A stretch of 64,000 bases of DNA from a virus. Location of the stretch: IMG/VR virus record IMGVR_UViG_3300021389_000015, positions 1 to 64,000 of that record. One strand, written 5' to 3'. Made by a program: the position numbers and the translations under genes. Each line of letters opens with the position of its first letter. Positions within the stretch are counted from its first letter, which is position 1. The notes beneath the pieces were generated by a model, which worked only from the letters and a program-made list of their open reading frames with translations, made no database searches and was not told where the DNA came from. Shown here piece after piece: positions 38,255 through 48,455 of this stretch.

Positions 38255-39611
38255 TTTAGAACAAACTATATTACGTAATCTATTAACTGATGAAGATTAC
38301 ATGCGTAAAGTATTACCATTCATCAAGCCGGATTACTTTGAAGGTATATATCGAGTACTGTTTCGTGAAGCAGGCAAGTTTGTTGCTAAATACAATAAGC
38401 TACCAAATGCTGAAGCGTTTAAGATTGAACTAGATGGTGCCGATAAATTAAATGATGAACAATATAATTTGGCTATGGACATTGTACCGCAATTGTATTC
38501 TACTGAAAAGGTAGATGATAAGTGGTTGTTAGACACTACAGAAAAATGGTGTCAAGACCGTGCAATATATCTTGCAATCATGGAATCAATATCAATCATT
38601 GATGGAAAGCATGAACAACTAACTAAAGGTGCTTTACCGGATTTATTGACTAAAGCTTTAGGTGTTGGATTTGATTTGCAAGTCGGTCACGACTATGTAG
38701 AAAATGCTGAAGATAGATTTAAATTTTATCATACAGAAGAAGATAGGTTGCCATTTGATTTAGAATACTTTAATACTATTACAAAAGGTGGTGTACCACG
38801 TAAAACATTAAATATTGCGCTGGCCGGCACTGGTGTCGGTAAGTCTTTGTTTATGTGTCATGTAGCTGCATCATCTTTAGTACAAGGTCAAAATGTATTA
38901 TACATTACTATGGAAATGGCTGAAGAAAGAATAGCAGAAAGAATAGATGCAAACTTACTTGATGTACCTATTGATCAACTCGATAAAATATCAAAAGACA
39001 GGTTTTCTTTAATGGTGAATAACATTGCAAAGAAAACTACTGGTAAACTTATAATAAAAGAATATCCGACTGGCTCTGCACATTCCGGTCATTTTAGAGC
39101 ATTACTTAATGAACTGAAATTGAAAAGACAATTTGAACCAGACTTAATCTTTATTGATTACTTAAATATATGTGCAAGTTCTAGAATGAAAGGAATGGGT
39201 GGTGCAATTAATTCATACTCTTACATTAAAGCAATTGCTGAAGAATTACGTGGCCTTGCGGTCGAGTTTGACGTACCGATCTTCTCTGCAACGCAAACGA
39301 CTCGTAGTGGTTATTCTAACTCGGATGTTGGCCTTGAAGATACCAGTGAGTCTTTTGGATTACCCGCAACAGCGGACTTAATGTTTGCACTAATATCTAC
39401 CGAAGAACTTGAACAACAAGGTCAGTTTATGGTAAAACAATTAAAGAATAGATACAATGATCCTACATTACATAAAAGATTTGTAGTCGGCGTTGATAGA
39501 TCAAAGATGAGATTATTTGATGTAGAAGAAAACGAACAAACATTAACCGATGATACACCAGTATTTGATAACACTACAACCGGTCAAAGATTTAAGGATT
39601 TTAAGTTATGA
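38244..39611 (+). CDS. gp41: replicative DnaB-like helicase
   Basis: AGTGVGKS, ITMEMAE, IDYLNI, SESFGLPATAD, QLKNRY. Confidence 0.97.
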   Translation: MPTNLEQTILRNLLTDEDYMRKVLPFIKPDYFEGIYRVLFREAGKFVAKYNKLPNAEAFKIELDGADKLNDEQYNLAMDIVPQLYSTEKVDDKWLLDTTEKWCQDRAIYLAIMESISIIDGKHEQLTKGALPDLLTKALGVGFDLQVGHDYVENAEDRFKFYHTEEDRLPFDLEYFNTITKGGVPRKTLNIALAGTGVGKSLFMCHVAASSLVQGQNVLYITMEMAEERIAERIDANLLDVPIDQLDKISKDRFSLMVNNIAKKTTGKLIIKEYPTGSAHSGHFRALLNELKLKRQFEPDLIFIDYLNICASSRMKGMGGAINSYSYIKAIAEELRGLAVEFDVPIFSATQTTRSGYSNSDVGLEDTSESFGLPATADLMFALISTEELEQQGQFMVKQLKNRYNDPTLHKRFVVGVDRSKMRLFDVEENEQTLTDDTPVFDNTTTGQRFKDFKL

Positions 39612-40294
39612 TGAAAGCAAGACTTATAAGCTATTCTCAACCTACTGATATAATTGGAGTAGATGATATACAAGATCTTATTGCATTTTCTGCAAGAGTT
39701 AGTAATCCATCTAATCAAATGAATAAAGCAACTAATGATAAATTATTAAATTATCTTATGAAACATAAACATTGGTCACCTTTTGAAATGGTAAGTGCTT
39801 GTATTGAGATTGATACTACTCGAGATATCGCTAGACAAATATTGAGACATAGAAGTTTTAGTTTCCAAGAATTTAGTCAAAGATATGCTGATCCAGTTAA
39901 AGAGTTAAATATGGCTGTTACTACTGAGTGTAGATTGCAAGACAGTAAAAATAGACAAAATAGTATAGAAATAGATGACAGTGATGAAAGAGCAACATTA
40001 ACTCACGAATGGATTAAAGCACAAAGTGAAGTGATACTTGCAGCAAAACGAGCTTATGAGTTTGCTATTGATAGAGGTATTGCTAAAGAAGTAGCACGTA
40101 AAGTTTTACCTGAAGGATTGACTTCATCAAGACTCTATGTGAACGGTACCATAAGAAGTTGGATTCATTTTATAGAATTAAGATCTGCGAATGGTACTCA
40201 GAAAGAATGCACTGAGGTAGCTTTAGCGTGTGCACAAGCAATATCAAAAATATTTCCAATGATTAAAGGGTTCACAAATGAAAGAAGATTATAA
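39608..40294 (+). CDS. thyX: flavin-dependent thymidylate synthase
   Basis: HWSPFE, RHRSFSFQEFSQRY ThyX motif. Confidence 0.95.
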   Translation: MMKARLISYSQPTDIIGVDDIQDLIAFSARVSNPSNQMNKATNDKLLNYLMKHKHWSPFEMVSACIEIDTTRDIARQILRHRSFSFQEFSQRYADPVKELNMAVTTECRLQDSKNRQNSIEIDDSDERATLTHEWIKAQSEVILAAKRAYEFAIDRGIAKEVARKVLPEGLTSSRLYVNGTIRSWIHFIELRSANGTQKECTEVALACAQAISKIFPMIKGFTNERRL

Positions 40295-40490
40295 GGTAGA
40301 TCCATTATCTATTAAGGTTGATCAAACTAAACAAGATACAAGAAGAGATGCTTGGGATAGAGACTATATGGGTTATTATTACTTAAGAGAAGAACCAGAA
40401 ACTACAAAAAAGATTTCAAATGCAACACCAGTTTTTATATTTGCATTCTTCTATATTTGTATACTAGTAATGATAGGTAGTATTAAATGA
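40278..40490 (+). CDS. small membrane protein
   Basis: C-terminal hydrophobic helix. Confidence 0.55.
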   Translation: MKEDYKVDPLSIKVDQTKQDTRRDAWDRDYMGYYYLREEPETTKKISNATPVFIFAFFYICILVMIGSIK

Positions 40491-40777
40491 ATAAGTACAC
40501 ACAAGACATGACCGGAACTGGTGATCATATTGAAATGAATGATGAGCCTGAAAGGTACTATGATTGGATGTTATGGAAAATAAAAAAAGAAGAAACCCAT
40601 AAAGAAAACAATAGATTGTACTATGCAGTAAAAGGCCAATTGATACCTGAAAGCTGGAGTCAAAAAGACATAAATAAAATGGCCTACAAATATACTAAAA
40701 GATTATGGGGCAATAACGAAAGACTTGAATATACTGATGAACCATTTGAAAAAATTTGGCAAGAAAGATATAGTTAA
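40487..40777 (+). CDS. hypothetical protein
   Basis: ATGA coupling. Confidence 0.6.
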   Translation: MNKYTQDMTGTGDHIEMNDEPERYYDWMLWKIKKEETHKENNRLYYAVKGQLIPESWSQKDINKMAYKYTKRLWGNNERLEYTDEPFEKIWQERYS

Positions 40778-40816
40778 CATATTAATCACTTTTTTTAAAT
40801 TAAATGCATTTTTTCC

Positions 40817-40845
40817 TTTACATTTGCGGAAAACTATAGTATAAT
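40817..40845 (+). promoter_or_regulatory. early sigma70-like promoter
   Basis: TTAATCAC-T-tract-TGCATTTTTTCC-TTTACA-17 nt-TATAAT. Confidence 0.85.
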
Positions 40846-40880
40846 AGTACTATAAAATAAACAAAGCGGAGAAACTTTAT

Positions 40881-41084
40881 ATGTCTAAACCAATTTCAAC
40901 TTCATCACTTAAGGCTTTAATCCTTAAATCTAATAAACCTTCAATTAAAATTAAACTCTTATTAAGAACTCTTCCTGAAACTATTAGGAGAGAAACTGTA
41001 AGAGAAGATTATAATATGAAGATTATAAAGGATCTTGCTAATAAGTACACAATGGTTCAAAAATTAGCTACGGAGATTTTATAA
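40881..41084 (+). CDS. small early hypothetical protein
   Basis: GGAG SD after early promoter. Confidence 0.6.
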   Translation: MSKPISTSSLKALILKSNKPSIKIKLLLRTLPETIRRETVREDYNMKIIKDLANKYTMVQKLATEIL

Positions 41085-41365
41085 TGGGAATACACATTGG
41101 TAAACACAAAAGATCAACATCATGGATTGGAAGATTCGATCCTAAAGATCCTAAAGACATGGCTGAATTTCAGATGGTTAAGTCTATTGTAAAAGCATGC
41201 AATTCAAATAAAACTAAATTCAGAGTTGAAAAGAAAGGTAGAAAACCAACTAATGGTTTTACTTACTTTGGTGATTGCGTAGGTGGCATTAAAAATGCTA
41301 CACTATGGGATGTATATGTTTATAAAAGAACATATGATTATTATAATAACAAAAGGATTGGTTAA
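41084..41365 (+). CDS. hypothetical protein
   Basis: TAATG coupling. Confidence 0.6.
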   Translation: MGIHIGKHKRSTSWIGRFDPKDPKDMAEFQMVKSIVKACNSNKTKFRVEKKGRKPTNGFTYFGDCVGGIKNATLWDVYVYKRTYDYYNNKRIG

Positions 41366-42219
41366 TGATTATAGTTGACTACAGTGGTATTGCACTTGCA
41401 AGTATCATAATTAATAAAACATTTGATGAACAAATGATTCGTCATATGATATTGAATTCTCTAAGAATGTATCATAAAAGATACAAAGATGAGTTCGGCG
41501 AAATGGTTCTTGCAGTAGATGCTGCAAACAACTGGCGTAGGAAAGCATTTCCACAATACAAGGCTAATCGTAAAAAAGATAGAGGTACTTCATCCTTTGA
41601 TTGGAATGAAGCATTTCGTATTCTCAATCTTATACGAGAAGAAATCGGAGAAAACTTTCCATATAAAGTTATTAAGATTGATGGTTGTGAAGCCGATGAT
41701 GTTATTGGTACGTTAGTCATTAAGAAATCAAGAGTTGATTTCAATCCAGAAAAAATCATGATTGTATCTTCTGATAGAGACTTCGTACAACTACAAAGGT
41801 TTAAAAATGTCAGGCAGTTCTCGCCAATCCTTAAGAAAGAAATTGTAGAAAAGAATGCTAGGTACTTCTTACTTAATCATATTATACGTGGTGATAAAGG
41901 CGATGGTGTACCAAACATATTATCTAATGATGATGTATTTGTTGAAGGATTCAGACAAACACCTATGTCTCAAAAGAAAGTAGAAGATATTATGGAAGAC
42001 CTTGAACAAGGTGAATTACTATATGCAGCTTCATGGTATCGTAACTATTGCAGGAATGAAAAATTAATTGCTCTTAGCGAAACTCCCTCTAATCTTAAAA
42101 CAGAAATTATAAATAACTATGAAGAACAAAATCCTTTTGAAAATAAGAATAAGGTGTATCACTATCTTGTTACTAAAAGGTGCAACCAATTGATTGAAAG
42201 TGTACAGGAGTTTATTTAA
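41365..42219 (+). CDS. rnh: T4-type RNase H (5'-3' exonuclease)
   Basis: NWRRKAFPQYKANR, EADDVIG, SSDRDF, GDKGDGVPN. Confidence 0.94.
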   Translation: MIIVDYSGIALASIIINKTFDEQMIRHMILNSLRMYHKRYKDEFGEMVLAVDAANNWRRKAFPQYKANRKKDRGTSSFDWNEAFRILNLIREEIGENFPYKVIKIDGCEADDVIGTLVIKKSRVDFNPEKIMIVSSDRDFVQLQRFKNVRQFSPILKKEIVEKNARYFLLNHIIRGDKGDGVPNILSNDDVFVEGFRQTPMSQKKVEDIMEDLEQGELLYAASWYRNYCRNEKLIALSETPSNLKTEIINNYEEQNPFENKNKVYHYLVTKRCNQLIESVQEFI

Positions 42220-42629
42220 TGGTTAAATATGTTTTTGAAATATTAGAAGAAGTAAGCAAACAACGAAATCGTATCGATAAAGTTAAGATTTTAAAATCAA
42301 ATGAAAGCTGGGCTTTAAAAGATATTATTAAAGGATCTATGGATGAAAAGATTATATGGAATTTACCGGAAGGTCTACCACCATACACACCTGCACCAGC
42401 TCATCACCACCCTGCAAATTTGCTAAGAGAAAATACAAAGTTTAAGTATTTTGTTAAAGGTGGCCAAGGCGATAAAATGCCAAAATACAAAAGAGAGCAA
42501 ATTTTTCTAGGTATACTAGAAGGTGTACATCCTGAAGATGCTAAAGTTGTTTTGTCAATGATTAACAAAGAGAAACTTAAAGGTCTATCAAAACCTGTAG
42601 TAGAGGAGGCGTTTCCGAATTTACTATAA
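42219..42629 (+). CDS. hypothetical protein
   Basis: WNLPEGLPPY, REQIFLGILEGVHPEDA; preceded by TATAAATA at 42108-42115. Confidence 0.75.
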   Translation: MVKYVFEILEEVSKQRNRIDKVKILKSNESWALKDIIKGSMDEKIIWNLPEGLPPYTPAPAHHHPANLLRENTKFKYFVKGGQGDKMPKYKREQIFLGILEGVHPEDAKVVLSMINKEKLKGLSKPVVEEAFPNLL

Positions 42630-42648
42630 TACCAATGAAAGGTAGCAA

Positions 42649-42819
42649 ATGTTACAACAACTTGAACGTTTACAAAAAGACTCTAGTGAATTAGAAATTT
42701 ATGCATTAAAACTTAAAAAGCGAGGTAAGTTACAAAAGATGAATAAAATAATAGAAAAACGAAATTTCTTAGAAGATCAAATCAAGTTGATAAAACCGGA
42801 GGTAAGACTTTCCACTTAA
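42649..42819 (+). CDS. 56-aa basic coiled-coil protein
   Basis: AAGGT SD; not in ORF track. Confidence 0.55.
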   Translation: MLQQLERLQKDSSELEIYALKLKKRGKLQKMNKIIEKRNFLEDQIKLIKPEVRLST

Positions 42820-42834
42820 AGCAAAACTTTTTCC

Positions 42835-42863
42835 TTTACAAACAGTGAATTTTATGATATAAT
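42835..42863 (+). promoter_or_regulatory. early sigma70-like promoter
   Basis: TTTACA-17 nt-TATAAT. Confidence 0.8.
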
Positions 42864-42886
42864 CTATATTATTTGAAGGTGACAAT

Positions 42887-43447
42887 ATGAATATTTTTAT
42901 ACTAGACAAAAACCCAGTTACGGCTGCTGAAATGCTGTGTGACCGACATGTTCCAAAAATGATTGTGGAATCTGGTCAAATGCTTAGTACTGCACACAGA
43001 TTGCTCGATGGCATACCAGAAAAGCGTAGGTCTAAATCTGGCAAAACTATACAAACATACTTCTCGTTTGGCGATAAACGTGATGATGTCTTTTATGCAG
43101 CAGTGCATAAGTATCATCCATGTACTACATGGACATTAGCATCTAAACAAAACTATGAATGGCACTATGAACACTTTATTGCAATGTGTGATGAATTTCA
43201 ATACAGGCGTGGTAAAGTACATAAGACATTTGAAGTTCTAGGAAAAGCACTTAAAAAAACACCGATAAATATACCAGATGTTGGATTAACGGAGTTTGCT
43301 CAAGCTATGTCTCATTATCCTGATTGTATAGTTGAAGGTGATGCTGTAAAAGCATATCGTAACTATTATCATATGGCTAAGTCATTTGCCAAATGGGATT
43401 GGAAAAGGCCTGCTCCACATTGGTGGAAAGGATACCAAGGTGCCTAA
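42887..43447 (+). CDS. pyrimidine-dimer DNA glycosylase-like protein
   Basis: MNIFILD, HVPKMIVESGQMLSTAH, HPCTTW, AYRNYY. Confidence 0.75.
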   Translation: MNIFILDKNPVTAAEMLCDRHVPKMIVESGQMLSTAHRLLDGIPEKRRSKSGKTIQTYFSFGDKRDDVFYAAVHKYHPCTTWTLASKQNYEWHYEHFIAMCDEFQYRRGKVHKTFEVLGKALKKTPINIPDVGLTEFAQAMSHYPDCIVEGDAVKAYRNYYHMAKSFAKWDWKRPAPHWWKGYQGA

Positions 43448-43682
43448 ATATACATTAAAGAAATGGGTTGATGCTAAAAGAAATTATGTTGAATGGGATG
43501 TAGAATGTCCATCAGATGAGATTGAATCGATATGTAAAGAATACAATGCTGAAAGAGTTCTTAAGTTTCCAGGAATTGTAACACAACAAGGAAGTTTACT
43601 TTCGAAAACTGACGGCGGTTGGAAAGATAATTTAAAAAGAATGAAAGATAAATCAGGTAGAGGTAACACTATTAAGGTATGA
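43440..43682 (+). CDS. small hypothetical protein (FmdB-like MPxY start)
   Basis: GTG start 43440; GGWKDNLKRMK; precedes phoH. Confidence 0.55.
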   Translation: MPKYTLKKWVDAKRNYVEWDVECPSDEIESICKEYNAERVLKFPGIVTQQGSLLSKTDGGWKDNLKRMKDKSGRGNTIKV

Positions 43683-44359
43683 GTAAAAACATTGTTAAGT
43701 TTGAAGACTTAATTGAAATTGAGCCTATAACTAAAAATCAAGAAATAGCATTTGAATCGTGGCAACACAATGAAAACCTTGTACTTGCAGGTTCTGCAGG
43801 AACAGGTAAAACTTTTTTGTCTATGTATTTAGCTTTACAGTCATCACTAGAACCAGCTACTCCATATCATAAAACAGTAGTCATAAGATCTATTGTACCT
43901 ACACGCGATGTAGGTTATTTGCCTGGGAGTTTACAAGAAAAATCTGAACCTTTTGAAGAACCATATAAACAAATATGTTTAGAATTATTTAATTTTGATA
44001 ATTCGATATATAAAAAACTTATAAATAATCATCAGATGGAGTTTTTAACTACATCATTTATTCGTGGTACTCAAATTAATAATGCTATAGTTATCATTGA
44101 TGAAATGCAAAATCTTAATTTCCACGAACTTGACTCTGTAATTACACGTATCGGCCAAGATTGTAGAGTCATTTTTTCAGGTGATTACTATCAATCTGAT
44201 TTCAAAACTGATCATGAACGCGATGGTATTCAAAGGTTCCTAAGAATAGTCGAACGGCTAAAAAACTTCAGTGTTATAACTTTCGGTTGGGACGATATAG
44301 TAAGATCTGACTTTCTCAGAGATTACATTATGACTAAAGAAATGTTAGGTATAAAATGA
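43679..44359 (+). CDS. phoH: PhoH family ATPase
   Basis: GSAGTGKT, GYLPG, FIRG, IIDEMQN, GDYYQSD, DIVRS. Confidence 0.95.
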   Translation: MSKNIVKFEDLIEIEPITKNQEIAFESWQHNENLVLAGSAGTGKTFLSMYLALQSSLEPATPYHKTVVIRSIVPTRDVGYLPGSLQEKSEPFEEPYKQICLELFNFDNSIYKKLINNHQMEFLTTSFIRGTQINNAIVIIDEMQNLNFHELDSVITRIGQDCRVIFSGDYYQSDFKTDHERDGIQRFLRIVERLKNFSVITFGWDDIVRSDFLRDYIMTKEMLGIK

Positions 44360-44619
44360 AGTTTTTTATAATAGTATCATTTATAATGGCAAACACTGCA
44401 GCACTAGATAGACCACTTTACGTATTTGCAAAACCAAATTTTGAAACAGTAACAGAGTGTAGAGATTATGTAGCTGTTATGCATCAAAGAATATATTCTG
44501 CGGCAAGCGCATCATATAACCACAAACACAAACCTGAATCAATATATTGTATAACTACTGATGAGGTAAAAGATATATTTAAATACAGTTACGATCAAAA
44601 GGAAAAGAAAAATATTTAA
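44356..44619 (+). CDS. hypothetical protein with N-terminal hydrophobic segment
   Basis: ATGA coupling; late promoter TATAAATA at 44020-44027 upstream. Confidence 0.6.
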   Translation: MKFFIIVSFIMANTAALDRPLYVFAKPNFETVTECRDYVAVMHQRIYSAASASYNHKHKPESIYCITTDEVKDIFKYSYDQKEKKNI

Positions 44620-45280
44620 GCATGAAAAGATTGATATCGGATATAACGACTTGGATGCAGAGACTACCACAAAAGGGAGAACTTATAGTACTCCTGATGG
44701 CAAGTCTTATCCTAGTGTTACAACAGTTCTAAGCATATTAAACGAACATATTATTAAAGCATGGCGTGAACGTGTAGGTGAAGAAGAAGCAAACCGAGTA
44801 AGTGGTGTAGCTTCTAATCGTGGTACACGCGTACACAGTATAGTTGAAAAGTATTTAAACAATGAAGACACTACAGACTTCTTACCAAATATCAGACAAA
44901 GCCTTGAAAATCTCAAATCTGTCCTTGATCCTAATATTGGAAAAATATTCGGCCTCGAGGTTCCTCTATTTAGTCATCACTTAGGTGTTGCTGGTAGATG
45001 TGATTGCATCGCAGAATATAATGGTGTACCATCTATTATAGATTTCAAAACATCTCGTTACATTAAGAAAAAAGAAAAAATAACTAATTACTTTGCACAA
45101 GGTGCAGCGTACTCTATCATGTGGGAAGAACGCACAGGTATGGTAGCACCTAACATTGTGATCGTCATGGACGTAGACCATGAAAAGCCGTTAGTTTTTG
45201 TTGAACATCGTGACAACTGGACTGATTTATTACATAACACTATAAAAGAATATAGAACAAGAAGGATGTTTGGACATTGA
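44612..45280 (+). CDS. PD-(D/E)xK (Cas4/RecB-like) exonuclease
   Basis: YPSVTTVL, RGTRVH, AGRCDCI, IIDFKTS, QGAAY; start ATA 44612 or TTG 44651. Confidence 0.85.
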   Translation: MFKHEKIDIGYNDLDAETTTKGRTYSTPDGKSYPSVTTVLSILNEHIIKAWRERVGEEEANRVSGVASNRGTRVHSIVEKYLNNEDTTDFLPNIRQSLENLKSVLDPNIGKIFGLEVPLFSHHLGVAGRCDCIAEYNGVPSIIDFKTSRYIKKKEKITNYFAQGAAYSIMWEERTGMVAPNIVIVMDVDHEKPLVFVEHRDNWTDLLHNTIKEYRTRRMFGH

Positions 45281-45516
45281 ATACTGTAATGGAATTACTT
45301 AATAAGAGATTTAATTTTGAAGAGATAACTAAAGGTTATAATTGTGAGCCAGGATCTGATATAGATAGTATAGAGTGGTTTATTGAAAATGGTCATAGAT
45401 CAAATTCTCTTCGTAATGGTTTTGGTGATGCACTTGAAATAGCGAAGGAAATAAAGGAGTTTTCAAATGAATGCACAAAAACAATTGGAGCCGGGGAGCA
45501 AATACGCAGCTTTTGA
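45277..45516 (+). CDS. hypothetical protein
   Basis: TTG start overlapping upstream stop. Confidence 0.5.
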   Translation: MNTVMELLNKRFNFEEITKGYNCEPGSDIDSIEWFIENGHRSNSLRNGFGDALEIAKEIKEFSNECTKTIGAGEQIRSF

Positions 45517-45808
45517 TAAAGATGGCGATGGAATAGTAACAGACGAAGAATTTGAAATGGAACAGAAATTAGTTATGTTAGAAAATGAAGATAAAAAGCA
45601 AGATGCGCAAAGAAACATGGCATGGTTTGCTTTAGGTGGAATGTTACTATATCCAGCATTTGTTATTGTTGCTACATTATTTGGTTTAGATAAAGCTGCT
45701 AAGATCTTAGGTGATATGGCGGCTGTTTACTTTGTATCAGTTGCAGCAATTGTTGCAGCATTCTATGGTAAAGAAGCTTTAGCTAATAAGGCACCACCAA
45801 AAAAATAA
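45467..45808 (+). CDS. EF-hand-containing two-TM membrane protein
   Basis: DKDGDGIVTDEE loop; two hydrophobic helices; AAGGAG SD. Confidence 0.7.
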   Translation: MNAQKQLEPGSKYAAFDKDGDGIVTDEEFEMEQKLVMLENEDKKQDAQRNMAWFALGGMLLYPAFVIVATLFGLDKAAKILGDMAAVYFVSVAAIVAAFYGKEALANKAPPKK

Positions 45809-45824
45809 ATAAAAAAGTTTTGTT

Positions 45825-46598
45825 ATGAAAAATTTAGTATTCCAATATTATATACCTTATGAATCTTTTGACGCTGATATGGGTGGTGTTAGAATGCCTG
45901 AATGGGCAAATGCAGGTTCACGTTCGGCAAAAGCTTATGCTGATTTTTGCAGTGCTGAGTACGAACTATCACATGAAAGATTCTTTCAAGAGCTTGATCC
46001 AAGACTCGATTCAATAAAAATAATATTCGATGAGAAATATGATGAGTATGATAATATACTTTCGATAGATCTTGACATGTTGATACATGCAGATGTAGAT
46101 GAAAATATATTTGAAGACAGGATTGATGATGTTGCAATGGTGCATGAAAGACACGTACATACGGGTGGACCAGCACGTTGGCTTTCAAACGTAATGTATA
46201 AACCTCTGTGGCAAAGAGGCATAGTAGCTTATGGTAAACACCTATGGGGTGATGACTGGATGTTTCCAAAGAGTGCGATTTATCCAGACGAAAAATTTAG
46301 ATATTTAAATGGAGGTCTACAACTTTGGTCAAAACAAGGTAGGCTTAAAGCACGTAAACATTTTACGTCAGTTGACCATTACGTACTTCACACGAGATAT
46401 ACTGAACAAATGTATATCAATCTACAATTATCACAACCAATATTCAATGTCATTGAGCTTGATACTCAATGGAACAGAATGCCGTATCAATGGCACGGTG
46501 GAAAACCTGACGGAAAGATTAATCATTTCTTGGCAAGAACTAAATTTGATATGCCGAGACTAGAACATACGGAGTTAAGTATATGGCAAAATTCTTAG
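45825..46598 (+). CDS. GT-A fold glycosyltransferase
   Basis: DLD motif, LNGG, EQ, WN, HF pattern. Confidence 0.7.
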   Translation: MKNLVFQYYIPYESFDADMGGVRMPEWANAGSRSAKAYADFCSAEYELSHERFFQELDPRLDSIKIIFDEKYDEYDNILSIDLDMLIHADVDENIFEDRIDDVAMVHERHVHTGGPARWLSNVMYKPLWQRGIVAYGKHLWGDDWMFPKSAIYPDEKFRYLNGGLQLWSKQGRLKARKHFTSVDHYVLHTRYTEQMYINLQLSQPIFNVIELDTQWNRMPYQWHGGKPDGKINHFLARTKFDMPRLEHTELSIWQNS

Positions 46599-47188
46599 AA
46601 ATAGCAGCAGAAAAACCGAGAGGTTTAACTTGGGATGTTATGAACTTAGCAACTCATGCAGGTGTAGTCAAAGGTGACGCAACAAATATGCCATTACCAT
46701 ATAGCGATAATGAATTTTACGGTGTATATTCTGAACATTTTATAGAGCACTTATACAAATATCAAGGCATAAATTATTTTAAAGATGTATTGCGAATATT
46801 AAAACCCGGCGGTATAGTAAGAACAGTATGGCCTCCATATGAATTTATAGATTTGTTAGTAAGTAAAGAAGATCTTACACCCGATCAAAATGAATTTGTA
46901 GAGCACTATTACAATTTCTACATCGTAAGAGAAAAGTTTTCACCACCCGGAAATACGCACAGGTCTAAACGTGAGCAATGTGCATTAGGTTTACTATATC
47001 AAAAAGGACAACATTTATATCTCTGGTCAAAAGTTGAAATGATGAATATGTTAAATGAAATTGGTTATACTAACGTAAAGCTTATGAATTATCAAGACAG
47101 CAGCTTACTTGATTTTAAAAATATAGACACACCCGGAAAAATACGTGCATTGCATTCTGCCGTTATTGAGGCAAGTAAACCTTGGTAA
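46583..47188 (+). CDS. class I SAM-dependent methyltransferase
   Basis: GDAT.MPLP, YSEHFIEHL, RILKPGG. Confidence 0.8.
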   Translation: MAKFLEIAAEKPRGLTWDVMNLATHAGVVKGDATNMPLPYSDNEFYGVYSEHFIEHLYKYQGINYFKDVLRILKPGGIVRTVWPPYEFIDLLVSKEDLTPDQNEFVEHYYNFYIVREKFSPPGNTHRSKREQCALGLLYQKGQHLYLWSKVEMMNMLNEIGYTNVKLMNYQDSSLLDFKNIDTPGKIRALHSAVIEASKPW

Positions 47189-47454
47189 TTGTAATTAAAT
47201 ACGATGGCCGTCAACAATTGTTTCATCACTATTGGTTGCCTCTCATATATAAACACCAAGAATGTACATTTATTGTAGAAGACAATACTGGAAAAATGAT
47301 ATATCCAAGTGATGTATCTAATCTTAATGTTACTAAAGAAGTTGACAAAGATAAATTGAAGAAACCAGTAATGCATTGTAATATAGATCGTGTTCCTACT
47401 TACAGAACTATGATTGATTTTAATCACCAAGTTTTTTATGAGGTACCATTATGA
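47182..47454 (+). CDS. hypothetical protein
   Basis: Fills gap in operon; TTG start. Confidence 0.5.
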   Translation: MVIVIKYDGRQQLFHHYWLPLIYKHQECTFIVEDNTGKMIYPSDVSNLNVTKEVDKDKLKKPVMHCNIDRVPTYRTMIDFNHQVFYEVPL

Positions 47455-48455
47455 AAATTTTAGTAGTAGGAGCTGGATTCAGCGGTGCAGTAATTGCACA
47501 TCAATTACATAAAGCGGGTCATGATATAACGGTCATTGATGAAAGAGATCATATCGGCGGTAACGCATATGATTATTGTAATAACGTAGGTGTCAGAGTT
47601 CATAAGTATGGTCCACACTTATTTCACACAAACAATGAAAGAGTGTATAATTGGATTACACAATTTGGTGATTGGACTCCATATAAACATAAAGTTAAAG
47701 CTTTACTTGAAAACTGTAAATATGTAACACTACCTGTTAATAAAGAAACAAAATTTGTGGTAGGTGAAGAAAATATATTAGATGTATTCTTTAGACCATA
47801 CACACGTAAAATGTGGGGTAAAGAATTAGAAGAACTTGATCCGTCAATTATTAAAAGAGTACCAATACGTGATGATGACAATGAATACTATTTTCCGAAT
47901 GATAAGTATCAAGTATTGCCGAATAAAGGATATACAGAAGTCTTTAAAGAAATATTAAAAGGTATAAATGTTTTCTTAAATTCACCATTTAAACACGATA
48001 TGGAATCACACTATGATCATATTTTTAATTCAATGCCAATTGATACTTACTTTAAGTTACAACGTGGTCCATTGCCGTATAGATCAATAAAGTTTCATCA
48101 TGTAAATATACCAGCACCGAAATTATTACCAACTACAACTGTAAACTTTACGAATCATGGTCCTTACACAAGAATGACAGAATGGAAACATATGCCGTGT
48201 CATGGTGAAGGTAATGAATGGACAACTATTACATATGAAGAGCCGTGTGATTATACAGAAAATAATCTTGAAAGATATTATCCGGTTAAAGATATCGACG
48301 GTGTAAATAGAAAAATATATGAGCAATATAAAGCTATGGTTGAAGACAACATGACATTTATAGGAAGATGCGGAATGTATGTATACATTGACATGCATCA
48401 AGCAATAAACTCATCATTACAAACAGCAGATAAATTTTTGGAGAAAATAAAGTGA
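47451..48455 (+). CDS. glf: UDP-galactopyranose mutase
   Basis: GAGFSG, HIGGN, HKYGPHLFHT, LPYRS, RYYP, GRCGMYVYIDMHQAI. Confidence 0.95.
   Translation: MKILVVGAGFSGAVIAHQLHKAGHDITVIDERDHIGGNAYDYCNNVGVRVHKYGPHLFHTNNERVYNWITQFGDWTPYKHKVKALLENCKYVTLPVNKETKFVVGEENILDVFFRPYTRKMWGKELEELDPSIIKRVPIRDDDNEYYFPNDKYQVLPNKGYTEVFKEILKGINVFLNSPFKHDMESHYDHIFNSMPIDTYFKLQRGPLPYRSIKFHHVNIPAPKLLPTTTVNFTNHGPYTRMTEWKHMPCHGEGNEWTTITYEEPCDYTENNLERYYPVKDIDGVNRKIYEQYKAMVEDNMTFIGRCGMYVYIDMHQAINSSLQTADKFLEKIK

Noticed and set aside
1675-39611. Introns, inteins or frameshifts in gp17, gp20, gp23, gp43, uvsX, gp41
   Set aside because: All are uninterrupted and of ordinary length
44612-45280. Cas4-like nuclease as a sign of a CRISPR system
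   Set aside because: No repeat-spacer array or other cas genes seen; the dispersed repeats are promoters, and this exonuclease is a common T4-like gene
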